DNA from: Anaerovorax odorimutans
GTDB taxonomy: Bacteria > Bacillota > Clostridia > Peptostreptococcales > JAAYPU01
Direction of reading: 5' to 3'
Length of the DNA stretch: 64,000 nt
Assembly: GCA_016841185.1 (NCBI GenBank)
Contig: JAENZQ010000017.1
Span: forward strand, 6,121-70,120
Positions 1-7,779 of the stretch are shown piece after piece (the stretch's first letter is position 1; each line of letters begins with the position of its first letter). The notes beneath the pieces were generated by a model. That model ran no database searches and had not been told where the DNA came from. It saw only the letters and a program-made list of their open reading frames with translations. The position numbers and the translations under genes were made by a program.

Positions 1-1395
1 ACCATAACAGCGGTCCTTATTCTTTCATGGCTTTTTATCAGTTTTTTTGCGGAAGACTTTTACTATAACAATAAAATAAGGCAAATAGAAGAAGCCTCAA
101 AGGATATCCAGGATGTTTTGACAAACAGGATAAATATTCAAGATACGGCCGATGCATTGAAAAAAATATCTATTCGAACAGGTGCCGATATTTCAATATA
201 CAATCATTACAATCAATTGGTTTTCGCTGATTATATCATGGATAAGGAAAGAGGTTTCAGAGGGCTTTTTCAATTGCGTCTTAACCCTTTGCCTTCTGCT
301 GTTTTTGATCTTCGAAAAGGACAGCATATCATTCTCCGGTATACACCCAAGTCAGACAATACGGATAAATATATTTATGGAGAAAGGTATAACAACGGCA
401 TTCTCACAGTGATTCAGATACCTATTGAAGCAATTGATGAAACGGTGGATATTTTTAAAGAAATCATTCAATACATGATGGTGGCAGCTCTGTTTTTTGG
501 TGCCGTAGGTGCATTTATCCTATCGAAGAATATAACGAATCCTCTGGTAGAATTGAATCATATCGCATCGGAAATGGGAAAACTGGATTTTTCCAGAAAA
601 TATACTGAAAAGAGAGAAGATGAAATCGGTCAGCTGGGCCAGTCACTCAATAAAATGGCAGATGCGCTGCAAAGTTCGATTCGGCAGCTTCAGGATGAAT
701 TAAAAAAGGAAAAAACTTTGGATATTCTCAGGAAGCAATTTGTTACTCAGGTTTCCCATGAAATGCAGACGCCATTGACCGTGGTTCAGGGGTATGTGGA
801 AGCTTTGGAGGATGGACTTGCCGATACGGAAGAAGACAGAAAATATCATTATGAAGTGATCAACGATGAAATAAGTAAAATGACTAAAATGATTCGGGAA
901 TTACTGGATCTTTCTCAGCTTGAGGCGGGAACTTTCAAGATCAATAAAGAGCAATTCAATATCAATGGTCTTGTTAAAAAGGTAAGTGACAGATATAATG
1001 AAATCGCCAAACAAAAACAAATTATTTTTGAATATCATGATGTGAAAAAAGCAGTATTTGTTAATGGTGATCAATTAAGATTGGAGCAGGTAATTACCAA
1101 TTTTATTAAAAATGCTTTAGAACATACCGGGGAAAATGGGAAAATAGAAGTGTATATTCTGTTGAATGAGCGGAAAGTAAAAGTGATTGTTAAAAACACC
1201 GGAGAGCCTATCCCGGCTGATGATTTGCCTTATGTATGGGAAAGCTTTTACAAAGCAAAAATTAATAAAGAAAGCAAAGGAACCGGTTTGGGATTAGCCA
1301 TTTCAAAACAAATCCTAAATCTGCATAATGCCGGGTATGGTGTTGATAATACAGAGGACGGTACAGAATTTTGGTTTGAAATGAAAACAATATAA
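1..1395 (+). CDS. Sensor histidine kinase, 5' end outside window (TM - HAMP - HisKA - HATPase_c)
   Basis: Frame 1 is open from nt 1 (hydrophobic TITAVLILSWLFISFF), so the track's TTG at 118 is not the true start. Second TM helix MMVAALFFGAVGAFIL, HAMP-like linker, H-box VSHEMQTPL, ATPase boxes NTGEPIP and GTGLGLAISK. Confidence 0.9.
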   Translation, partial: TITAVLILSWLFISFFAEDFYYNNKIRQIEEASKDIQDVLTNRINIQDTADALKKISIRTGADISIYNHYNQLVFADYIMDKERGFRGLFQLRLNPLPSAVFDLRKGQHIILRYTPKSDNTDKYIYGERYNNGILTVIQIPIEAIDETVDIFKEIIQYMMVAALFFGAVGAFILSKNITNPLVELNHIASEMGKLDFSRKYTEKREDEIGQLGQSLNKMADALQSSIRQLQDELKKEKTLDILRKQFVTQVSHEMQTPLTVVQGYVEALEDGLADTEEDRKYHYEVINDEISKMTKMIRELLDLSQLEAGTFKINKEQFNINGLVKKVSDRYNEIAKQKQIIFEYHDVKKAVFVNGDQLRLEQVITNFIKNALEHTGENGKIEVYILLNERKVKVIVKNTGEPIPADDLPYVWESFYKAKINKESKGTGLGLAISKQILNLHNAGYGVDNTEDGTEFWFEMKTI

Positions 1396-1595
1396 AAAAG
1401 TGATTAAGTATAAATAGGCTCCTGCGGAGCAGTTTGAGTGTAAGTAAAAGTGTAAGTTTAAACGAAAATTTTGTCCAACAAAATTCACTTTAAAACTGCT
1501 AAATCAAAAAGCACCAAACTTGCTTTGGCGAAATATGATGAAGTGGGGCCATAAATGTAAATGCTGCGAGTGAAAAACTCTAAAGGAGGAATCGT

Positions 1596-1727
1596 ATGAG
1601 CTCGTGTAGACCTGATAGATGTGATTGCAGGGAAGAATTAGAAGACATTAAAAAAGTCTTGAATTCCATCTGTTGTCAATTGGGTAGAATCGCTGAAGAA
1701 CTAAAGAGAGATAGACCCTGGTGTTAA
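1596..1727 (+). CDS. Small Cys-rich protein, 43 aa (below ORF-track cutoff): MSSCRPDRCDCREELEDIKKVLNSICCQLGRIAEELKRDRPWC
   Basis: ATG 1596 is preceded by AAAGGAGGA with a 5-nt spacer. Six Cys in 43 aa. TAA at 1725-1727, followed about 50 nt later by the hairpin at 1778-1835. Hand translated. Confidence 0.4.
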   Translation: MSSCRPDRCDCREELEDIKKVLNSICCQLGRIAEELKRDRPWC

Positions 1728-1777
1728 CTGCGGTTGCAGCTTTCCCTGTTTGAAATAAGATTAATAGATAAACTATA

Positions 1778-1835
1778 ATAAAGGAGCTCCTTTCCGATAT
1801 ATTTCCGTATGGAAATGCCGGGGAGGAGCTTTATT
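1778..1835. repeat. 58-bp nested-hairpin repeat, copy A (shape of a bidirectional terminator)
   Basis: ATAAAGGAGCTCCTTTCCGATATATTTCCGTATGGAAATGCCGGGGAGGAGCTTTATT. Outer stem AGCTCCTTTCCG/CGGGGAGGAGCT, inner stem ATTTCC-GTAT-GGAAAT, T/A runs on both sides. Lies between convergent genes. Identical to 7206-7263. Confidence 0.85.
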
Positions 1836-1875
1836 TAATCAATTTTCCACAAACAGTGCAACATTAAGCTTAGGT

Positions 1876-3030
1876 TCAAACTTCATTTTTTTTATTAGAA
1901 AGCGATTTGTATCTATGATTGTCTTCTCCAAGTTTCGGAGCAGCTTTTTTAATTTCTGCAGTGTTTTCAGTCAATTTTATCGGGATGCCTGGAACTTTAA
2001 AGTGACAGATGTTACCTCCTTGAAATTCTATAAGCATATCTCTTTCAACAATTTGTGGGTTATTAAAAATCTGGCTGATCGAGTTTATCCGGCTGCATGG
2101 GATTCCTTCTTGCTGAAGCAAAGACTCCCAATAACTCGTGGGTTTTTGTTTTAATTTTTCATTTATAATGCTTGATAATGCCTCTCTATTTTCAACTCTT
2201 AATACATTTGAAGAAAACCGGTTATCTGTAACGGAAGAGTCTATTCCAATTAAAGAGCATAGTTTTATGAAGAGGTCATTGTTTCCTGCAGAGATCATAA
2301 TCGTGCCGTCGCTTGTATTGAAATTTTCAAATGGTGCAATAGAAGGATGACAATTCCCAAGAGGCTTTGGATCTTCACCGTTTGCTTGGAATCGTGCCAG
2401 AGCATTTTCCAATAAAGATACTTGAGTGTCCAGCATAGCCACATCGATCCGTTCACCTTTATGATTGATGGTTCTTCTGTACAAAGCCATGACAATACCC
2501 AAAGCTGTAAAAACACCGGCGCATAAGTCTGCAATAGATGTTCCTACTTTAACCGGCGGGCCGTCTATAGGACCCGTAATGCTCATTAATCCACTCATTG
2601 CCTGGATAATAGAGTCATAAGCGGGGTATTTAGAAAAAGGGCCCGTTTGACCATATCCGGATATAGAAGCATAAATAAGCCGGGGGTACTTCCTCTTAAG
2701 GTTGTCATATGAGAGGCCAAGCCGATCCATTACTCCAGGTCTGAAATTTTCTATAATGACATCAGCGTTTTCCAACATTTTAAAGAATGTATGTAGATCT
2801 TCCTGTTTTTTAAAATCTATAGTCACGCTATACTTATTCCTGTTAACACTTTCGAAATAGGTACTATATCCGTCAATAAACGGACCAAAAGATCTGGAGT
2901 CATCACCTTTCTCAGGCTGTTCAATTTTAATAACTTCAGCTCCATGATCTGCTAAAAGCATGGTTGCATAAGGGCCGGCTAAAACTCTTGTGAGATCAAT
3001 TACCCGAATACCATTTAATAATCCAGACAT
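1876..3030 (-). CDS. Family III CoA-transferase (CaiB/BaiF type)
   Basis: N-terminus GIRVIDLTRVLAGPYATMLLADHGAEVIKIE is typical of the family. ATG 3030 is preceded by GGAAGGAG (track TTG 3036 is 2 codons upstream). Confidence 0.85.
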   Translation of the reverse strand: MSGLLNGIRVIDLTRVLAGPYATMLLADHGAEVIKIEQPEKGDDSRSFGPFIDGYSTYFESVNRNKYSVTIDFKKQEDLHTFFKMLENADVIIENFRPGVMDRLGLSYDNLKRKYPRLIYASISGYGQTGPFSKYPAYDSIIQAMSGLMSITGPIDGPPVKVGTSIADLCAGVFTALGIVMALYRRTINHKGERIDVAMLDTQVSLLENALARFQANGEDPKPLGNCHPSIAPFENFNTSDGTIMISAGNNDLFIKLCSLIGIDSSVTDNRFSSNVLRVENREALSSIINEKLKQKPTSYWESLLQQEGIPCSRINSISQIFNNPQIVERDMLIEFQGGNICHFKVPGIPIKLTENTAEIKKAAPKLGEDNHRYKSLSNKKNEV

Positions 3031-3049
3031 GATCAAGCTCCTTCCTTTT

Positions 3050-4456
3050 TTACATTGGACCTAAATGTATAATAGTTGCAATTGTCACGGATACCATACC
3101 AACAATAATCCAGACTACCAACAGAGGAAGCATCCATTTTGCCCATTTTTCATAGGGAATCTTGGCAATGGCCAATGATGCCATTAGAGTGCCGTTTGTG
3201 GGAGAAATAAGATTGGTAAATCCATCTCCGTAATGAAAAGCTAATACGGCGGTTTGCCTGGTTATGCCAAGCATGTCGGCTAAAGGAGCCATTAACGGCA
3301 TTGTTGCTGCTGCTTGACCGCTTCCTGACGGAATTAAAATATTTAAGAGCAGCTGGAATATATACATCCCATTTGCAGCTACTACGGCCGGGAGAGTCTG
3401 CAAACTACTGGCTGCATAGAAAATAATAGAATCAATAATCATGCCATCTTCTAATACGACCAGAATGGCTCTTGCAACACCGACCACCAAAGCACCAAAT
3501 ACAAGATCTTTTGCACCATTAATGAAAGAGGATGCAATCGTATCGGAATTGAGCCTTCCTGCAATACCGGATAAAAGGCCGATACCGGTAAAAACAGCGG
3601 CAATTTCTCCTAAATACCACCCGTGCTTCATTACACCGAAAATCATTATGCCTAAGCCGATTACAATAATTGCACCGATTATCATATGCTTTGTCTGGAA
3701 TTCCTCTTGAATCATATCCTGATCTTCTATTTCTCTTTGTGTATCAATATCATATACGAGACTTGACTCCGGTGCTTCTTTGACCTTTTTAGCATATCTC
3801 AGTACATAGATAAGTGTTGCGGCCAATATAATCAGATAGAATATAATTCTGTAGCCTAATCCTGAAAATAGTGGAATTTCTGCAATACCCTGGGCCACAC
3901 CAACCGTAAAAGGATTTAATAATCCGGTTGTAAAGCCTACCCGGGAGCCAACACTAACGACAACAAGTCCTATCATGCTGTCCAATCCCAGCCTCATAAA
4001 TAAAGAGATTGCAATTGGTATAAATAGAATAGCTTCTTCTGCAATACCAAAAGTTCCTCCTGCGATGGAAAATATAACGGTTATGAGTATTATAAGAAGA
4101 GTAGGACTTTTTTTATTCTGGCTGACCGCTTTATTTAAACCGGCTTCAATAAACCCTGTTTTATTAATGATGCCAAAAGAACCGGCTACAATGAAGATAA
4201 AAAATATAATGCCGGAAGCTTCCTTCATTCCTGAGTAAAAAGATTGTAAAAATTCCATAAGAGTTGTAGGTGATTTTTCTACAAGTGAAAAGCTTCCTTC
4301 AAGTATGACGGTTCTGCCTGTAGCTTCATTTACAACACGCTCATATTCTCCGGCAGGTACTATATAGGTCAGTAAGGCGCACAGAACTACCATAAAAAAG
4401 ATAATGACATAGGTATGTGGGACTTTCATCCTTTTGATTTCCTTAACTTTTTCCAT
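3050..4456 (-). CDS. YfcC-family (DcuC-like) anaerobic carrier / putative amino-acid transporter
   Basis: Polytopic membrane protein. N-terminus MEKVKEIKRMKVPHTYVIIFFMVV is like YfcC proteins. ATG 4456 is preceded by AAGGAGG with an 8-nt spacer. Confidence 0.75.
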   Translation of the reverse strand: MEKVKEIKRMKVPHTYVIIFFMVVLCALLTYIVPAGEYERVVNEATGRTVILEGSFSLVEKSPTTLMEFLQSFYSGMKEASGIIFFIFIVAGSFGIINKTGFIEAGLNKAVSQNKKSPTLLIILITVIFSIAGGTFGIAEEAILFIPIAISLFMRLGLDSMIGLVVVSVGSRVGFTTGLLNPFTVGVAQGIAEIPLFSGLGYRIIFYLIILAATLIYVLRYAKKVKEAPESSLVYDIDTQREIEDQDMIQEEFQTKHMIIGAIIVIGLGIMIFGVMKHGWYLGEIAAVFTGIGLLSGIAGRLNSDTIASSFINGAKDLVFGALVVGVARAILVVLEDGMIIDSIIFYAASSLQTLPAVVAANGMYIFQLLLNILIPSGSGQAAATMPLMAPLADMLGITRQTAVLAFHYGDGFTNLISPTNGTLMASLAIAKIPYEKWAKWMLPLLVVWIIVGMVSVTIATIIHLGPM

Positions 4457-4469
4457 GTAATAATCCTCC

Positions 4470-5819
4470 TTAAAATTCAAATATTTTGATCATGCTTGCC
4501 GACATGATCATACCTTCCTTAAAGCACGAGATCTTTAAGTTTTCGTTAGGTCCATGGTTTCCCTGGTCGGCGTTGGCATAAGGAACTGATATGGTAGGGA
4601 GATTCAGATCATTTGTCCATATGGAATTGGGCAAACTGCTTCCTATAGAGGGCAGGATAATAGGCTTGCCTACACCTGCCATTTTTATAGCTTTGATTAT
4701 TTTTTGACATAGAGGATGTTGAGGGTCTGACTTAGATGGCGGTATGTGCTGATCCAGCTCCATTAATATAATATGGGGGTTTATTTTTAAAATATGGTTT
4801 TTGATAGCTTGAAAAACTTGTTCAGGTTTCTGGCTGTTTACCATTCGAACATCCAGTCTTGCAGAGGATGTTGAAGGTATAATTGTTTTAATATCACTAC
4901 CCATATATCCCGCTTGAATTCCGGTAATGGTCATACATGGCTTGAAGAAGAGATTTTCATAATATTTTACTTTATCTTCGAGAATCCAATGGGTTTTAAA
5001 AGTGTCTTTTAATACGTGCGCTTTAAAATCAAGTTTTTCAATTAATTGGAGCTCATATTCTGTCATCTCAACAACATTGTCAAAAAATCCTTCGATATTT
5101 TCTCCTCCCTTACTCACTAAGTCATTTAATACTTTGATCAGTTCCTGTGCGGCATTCTTAATGACACCTCCTTTATTGCCGGAATGGTGGTCGATTTCTG
5201 ATGTTTTAATTTGTAAACCCAAAGACATGCATCCTCGATTGCCAAAGCATACAATAGGTCTGCCGGATTCATGCTTTGATGAATCTGAAACAATAACCAA
5301 ATCCAAATCAAAAAGCTCCTGGTTTTCCCGTATCATTTTTAGCATTCCAGGACTGCCGATTTCTTCTTCTCCGTCTAAAAGCAATTTTATGTTTACAGGC
5401 AAGTTTTCATATGCTTTAAGATAAGCATCAATACCGGCTATATGGGCTAAAAATTGTCCCTTATTATCGCCGGTACCTCTTCCATAGAAGCGGCCGTCAG
5501 ATTCGGTTAGTTCAAAGGGCGGATAAGACCATGCTTCTATCGGAAGTTCCGACTGGACATCATAATGACCGTAGAAAAGAATGGTAGGGGTGTCCGGTTG
5601 ATCTGATTTCCTTTCCCCATATACATAAGGAGCCCCGCCTTCTGACTGTTCAATTATTCTGACAGACCAGCCTTTTGATTCCAAGAAGGAATGCAAGATG
5701 TTGGAACACTTTCTTATGGGTTCAGGGTTTCCGGATATCGTTGGGATATTGACCAGTTTTTTTAATTCAGATACGTATTCTGAGAAATCGTTTTGAATGT
5801 GATAAATAATTTTGTCCAT
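4470..5819 (-). CDS. M20 family metallopeptidase / dipeptidase (ArgE/DapE/ACY1/CPG2 superfamily)
   Basis: Motifs LFYGHYDVQ, GRGTGDNKGQ and LLDGEEEIGS. ATG 5819 is preceded by GGAGG with a 5-nt spacer (track start 5858 is too far upstream). Confidence 0.85.
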   Translation of the reverse strand: MDKIIYHIQNDFSEYVSELKKLVNIPTISGNPEPIRKCSNILHSFLESKGWSVRIIEQSEGGAPYVYGERKSDQPDTPTILFYGHYDVQSELPIEAWSYPPFELTESDGRFYGRGTGDNKGQFLAHIAGIDAYLKAYENLPVNIKLLLDGEEEIGSPGMLKMIRENQELFDLDLVIVSDSSKHESGRPIVCFGNRGCMSLGLQIKTSEIDHHSGNKGGVIKNAAQELIKVLNDLVSKGGENIEGFFDNVVEMTEYELQLIEKLDFKAHVLKDTFKTHWILEDKVKYYENLFFKPCMTITGIQAGYMGSDIKTIIPSTSSARLDVRMVNSQKPEQVFQAIKNHILKINPHIILMELDQHIPPSKSDPQHPLCQKIIKAIKMAGVGKPIILPSIGSSLPNSIWTNDLNLPTISVPYANADQGNHGPNENLKISCFKEGMIMSASMIKIFEF

Positions 5820-5914
5820 AAAATCCTCCATTTTTCTTAAATTAAAAGAGCACAACAAATAAAATATTCGTTATGCTCTCTTTCTCAATTACTCATTATT
5901 TAATTGGGTATTAC

Positions 5915-6319
5915 CTATAAATAAATCATTCCAATTCCAATAAAGGGCTTTATTATAAGATTATGCATTGCGATTGACCCAAATACAGTAATCACTATTT
6001 TTTCTTCATCTCTTATAATAGCAATTTTCAGCCATTTATCATTTTCATCATCTGATATTCTTCCGGCAGCATCTTTTAAAGCATGAATCAAACAGCTAAT
6101 TTCCTTTTTAGACCTGCTGATTACTTGATTATTTGTTGCGGAAGCAATAGTACTTTTATATAATTTCTCTTCAATAGCTGAGCTTTTTCCGGTTATTTCT
6201 GTTACCGCGCATAAATAGCCATTCGACTGAAGTGCCTCTTTTTGAATTTTTTCTTCAGCCCTTGTCTGTGATGTGGCCAGCTTAATGCTGCTATACACAG
6301 TTGAATCAAAAATATCCAT
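5915..6319 (-). CDS. Hypothetical protein (134 aa), co-transcribed with the IclR gene
   Basis: ORF begins 14 nt after the IclR stop. No motif I can assign. Coding status rests on operon position and length only. Confidence 0.5.
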   Translation of the reverse strand: MDIFDSTVYSSIKLATSQTRAEEKIQKEALQSNGYLCAVTEITGKSSAIEEKLYKSTIASATNNQVISRSKKEISCLIHALKDAAGRISDDENDKWLKIAIIRDEEKIVITVFGSIAMHNLIIKPFIGIGMIYL

Positions 6320-6335
6320 AAACAACCCCAACCCG

Positions 6336-7079
6336 TTAGATATTCAATAGAGAAATTTTTTCAGCTATATTTTTTCCGGCTTTAATAATGCCCGGTAGCA
6401 TTTCACTTGGAATGGAGGCTTCAATGCCTACAATGGAAATAGCACCGATAATATATCCCTTATGATCAAATACAGGAATACCGATTCCTAAAGTACCGGG
6501 AACATTTTCACCTCGACTAATAGAATATCCGTTTTTTCTTACATCATCATAAGCGGCATTCAATTCTTCGATATTTTTGGGAACATTCGGGTTCTTAGCT
6601 TTAATATAAAGCCGATCCCAATATTCTTCTATAGGTTTGTCTTTAAAGAAAAAAGCACCGATAGCTTTGCCATATGCCCCCATATTAAAAGGATACTCAG
6701 TTCCCTCATCGTAGAATCTCACATTAGAATATTGATCTATCTCATGAATGCTGATGATATTTATACCTTCTAAAATGGCAAAACCAATATTAAGATTCGA
6801 ATCTTTTGCAAAGTTAATTAAAATATTTCTGATATATTGATCTTCATCAATATGTCTTTTGTATGCCATGCCGATTCGATAAGCGGCAGGGCCGATCATG
6901 TAAGTATGATCTTTTATACCATCCTGAATAAATCCGGATGTTTTTAAAGTGTTAATAATTCTATAGACTGTTCCCCGGTTGATCCCAGTTTCTTTACTAA
7001 TTTCTATCGCGGATAGATCCTGATTTGATTCCGATAAAAAAAGTAGAATTTTAACTGTTTTTTCCACCACTTGAATCAT
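6336..7079 (-). CDS. IclR family transcriptional regulator
   Basis: N-terminal wHTH (LSAIEISKETGINRGTVYRIINTL) plus a C-terminal IclR effector domain (GTLGIGIPVFDHKGYIIGAISIVG). Confidence 0.9.
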   Translation of the reverse strand: MIQVVEKTVKILLFLSESNQDLSAIEISKETGINRGTVYRIINTLKTSGFIQDGIKDHTYMIGPAAYRIGMAYKRHIDEDQYIRNILINFAKDSNLNIGFAILEGINIISIHEIDQYSNVRFYDEGTEYPFNMGAYGKAIGAFFFKDKPIEEYWDRLYIKAKNPNVPKNIEELNAAYDDVRKNGYSISRGENVPGTLGIGIPVFDHKGYIIGAISIVGIEASIPSEMLPGIIKAGKNIAEKISLLNI

Positions 7080-7129
7080 GATATCTCCTTCTCACAATGC
7101 GAACATATGTTACTATTATGAACAAGAAC

Positions 7130-7158
7130 ATGATATCATATATGAATAATACTGTCAA
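7130..7158 (-). promoter_or_regulatory. Sigma-A-type promoter of the IclR operon
   Basis: Minus strand reads TTGACA - 17 nt - TATCAT, about 50 nt upstream of ATG 7079. Confidence 0.5.
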
Positions 7159-7205
7159 TATTCAGAAAATAAAATTATATAAATCTCTATCTATATGATG
7201 CTTAT

Positions 7206-7263
7206 ATAAAGGAGCTCCTTTCCGATATATTTCCGTATGGAAATGCCGGGGAGGAGCTTTATT
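7206..7263. repeat. 58-bp nested-hairpin repeat, copy B
   Basis: 58/58 identical to 1778-1835, same orientation, checked base by base. Confidence 0.85.
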
Positions 7264-7489
7264 GAAGAAGCAGGGGGGAGACAGGCATCAGGTCTTCGAA
7301 AAGAAGACACAGAGAGGAAAGAGAATAGAGGCCGATACTTACATTCCTCTATTATCACGGTATCCGAGCTACGAACTAATCCATAATCCATACTCTATAA
7401 CTACACATCTGATATTTCGGCAAAATCCTTCATTCCGTAATGACGATATTCAATAGCCTTTATTATATTGTCTTTAAAATGAAATTCCT

Positions 7490-7623
7490 ATGAAAGATGA
7501 AGTATCGATAATAGAAAAAAACTGGCAGCAAAAGCTATGATGTTATGCAAAAGTACAAGAGCTGCTGCAGAATTGTTGGAAGTGAGTCAATCTACTATTA
7601 TGCGAAGATTGAAAAGAGATTGA
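7490..7623 (+). pseudogene. Decayed or frameshifted Fis-type HTH fragment
   Basis: Frame 1 reads KKLAAKAMMLCKSTRAAAELLEVSQSTIMRRLKRD* (7501-7623), like the C-terminal HTH_8 of sigma-54/PrpR-type activators. The only upstream ATG (7490) is in another frame and joins it across an A7 run. No SD sequence. Confidence 0.35.
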
Positions 7624-7779
7624 GAAAAATGAATTGTTTTACAAAATTATATCAAATTTATACAATCTTATGCAATTATATATTGATATTCTTAGAAATT
7701 ATATATATTATATATTAAAAGTTTGTTGGTCAGTTTAACTTATAAGCAAATAATAAAAAAATTGATAGGAGGAATTATC

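Noticed and set aside
1437-1457. TGTAAG-N6-TGTAAG as a WalR (TGTWAH-N5-TGTWAH) site.
   Set aside because: The spacing is one nucleotide too long and the sixth base is G (excluded by H). The adjacent kinase lacks WalK-type PAS architecture.
1596-1727. The six-Cys 43-aa peptide as a SCIFF/ranthipeptide precursor.
   Set aside because: SCIFF peptides carry a conserved C-terminal GGCGECQTSCQSACKTSC-like block and sit next to a dedicated radical-SAM maturase. Neither feature is present here. The only radical-SAM gene in the window is nrdG, 14 kb away, with a clear RNR-activase role.
1778-7263. The 58-bp flanking repeats as integron attC sites or phage att sites.
   Set aside because: There are no GTTRRRY/RYYYAAC core sites and no integrase in or near the interval. 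The enclosed unit is a five-gene operon with its own promoter and regulator, unlike promoterless integron cassettes.
7191-7456. 66-aa minus-strand and 64-aa plus-strand ORFs next to repeat copy B.
   Set aside because: Both read through or start at the 58-bp hairpin repeat. They have no SD and no recognisable similarity. The region looks like decayed non-coding DNA.
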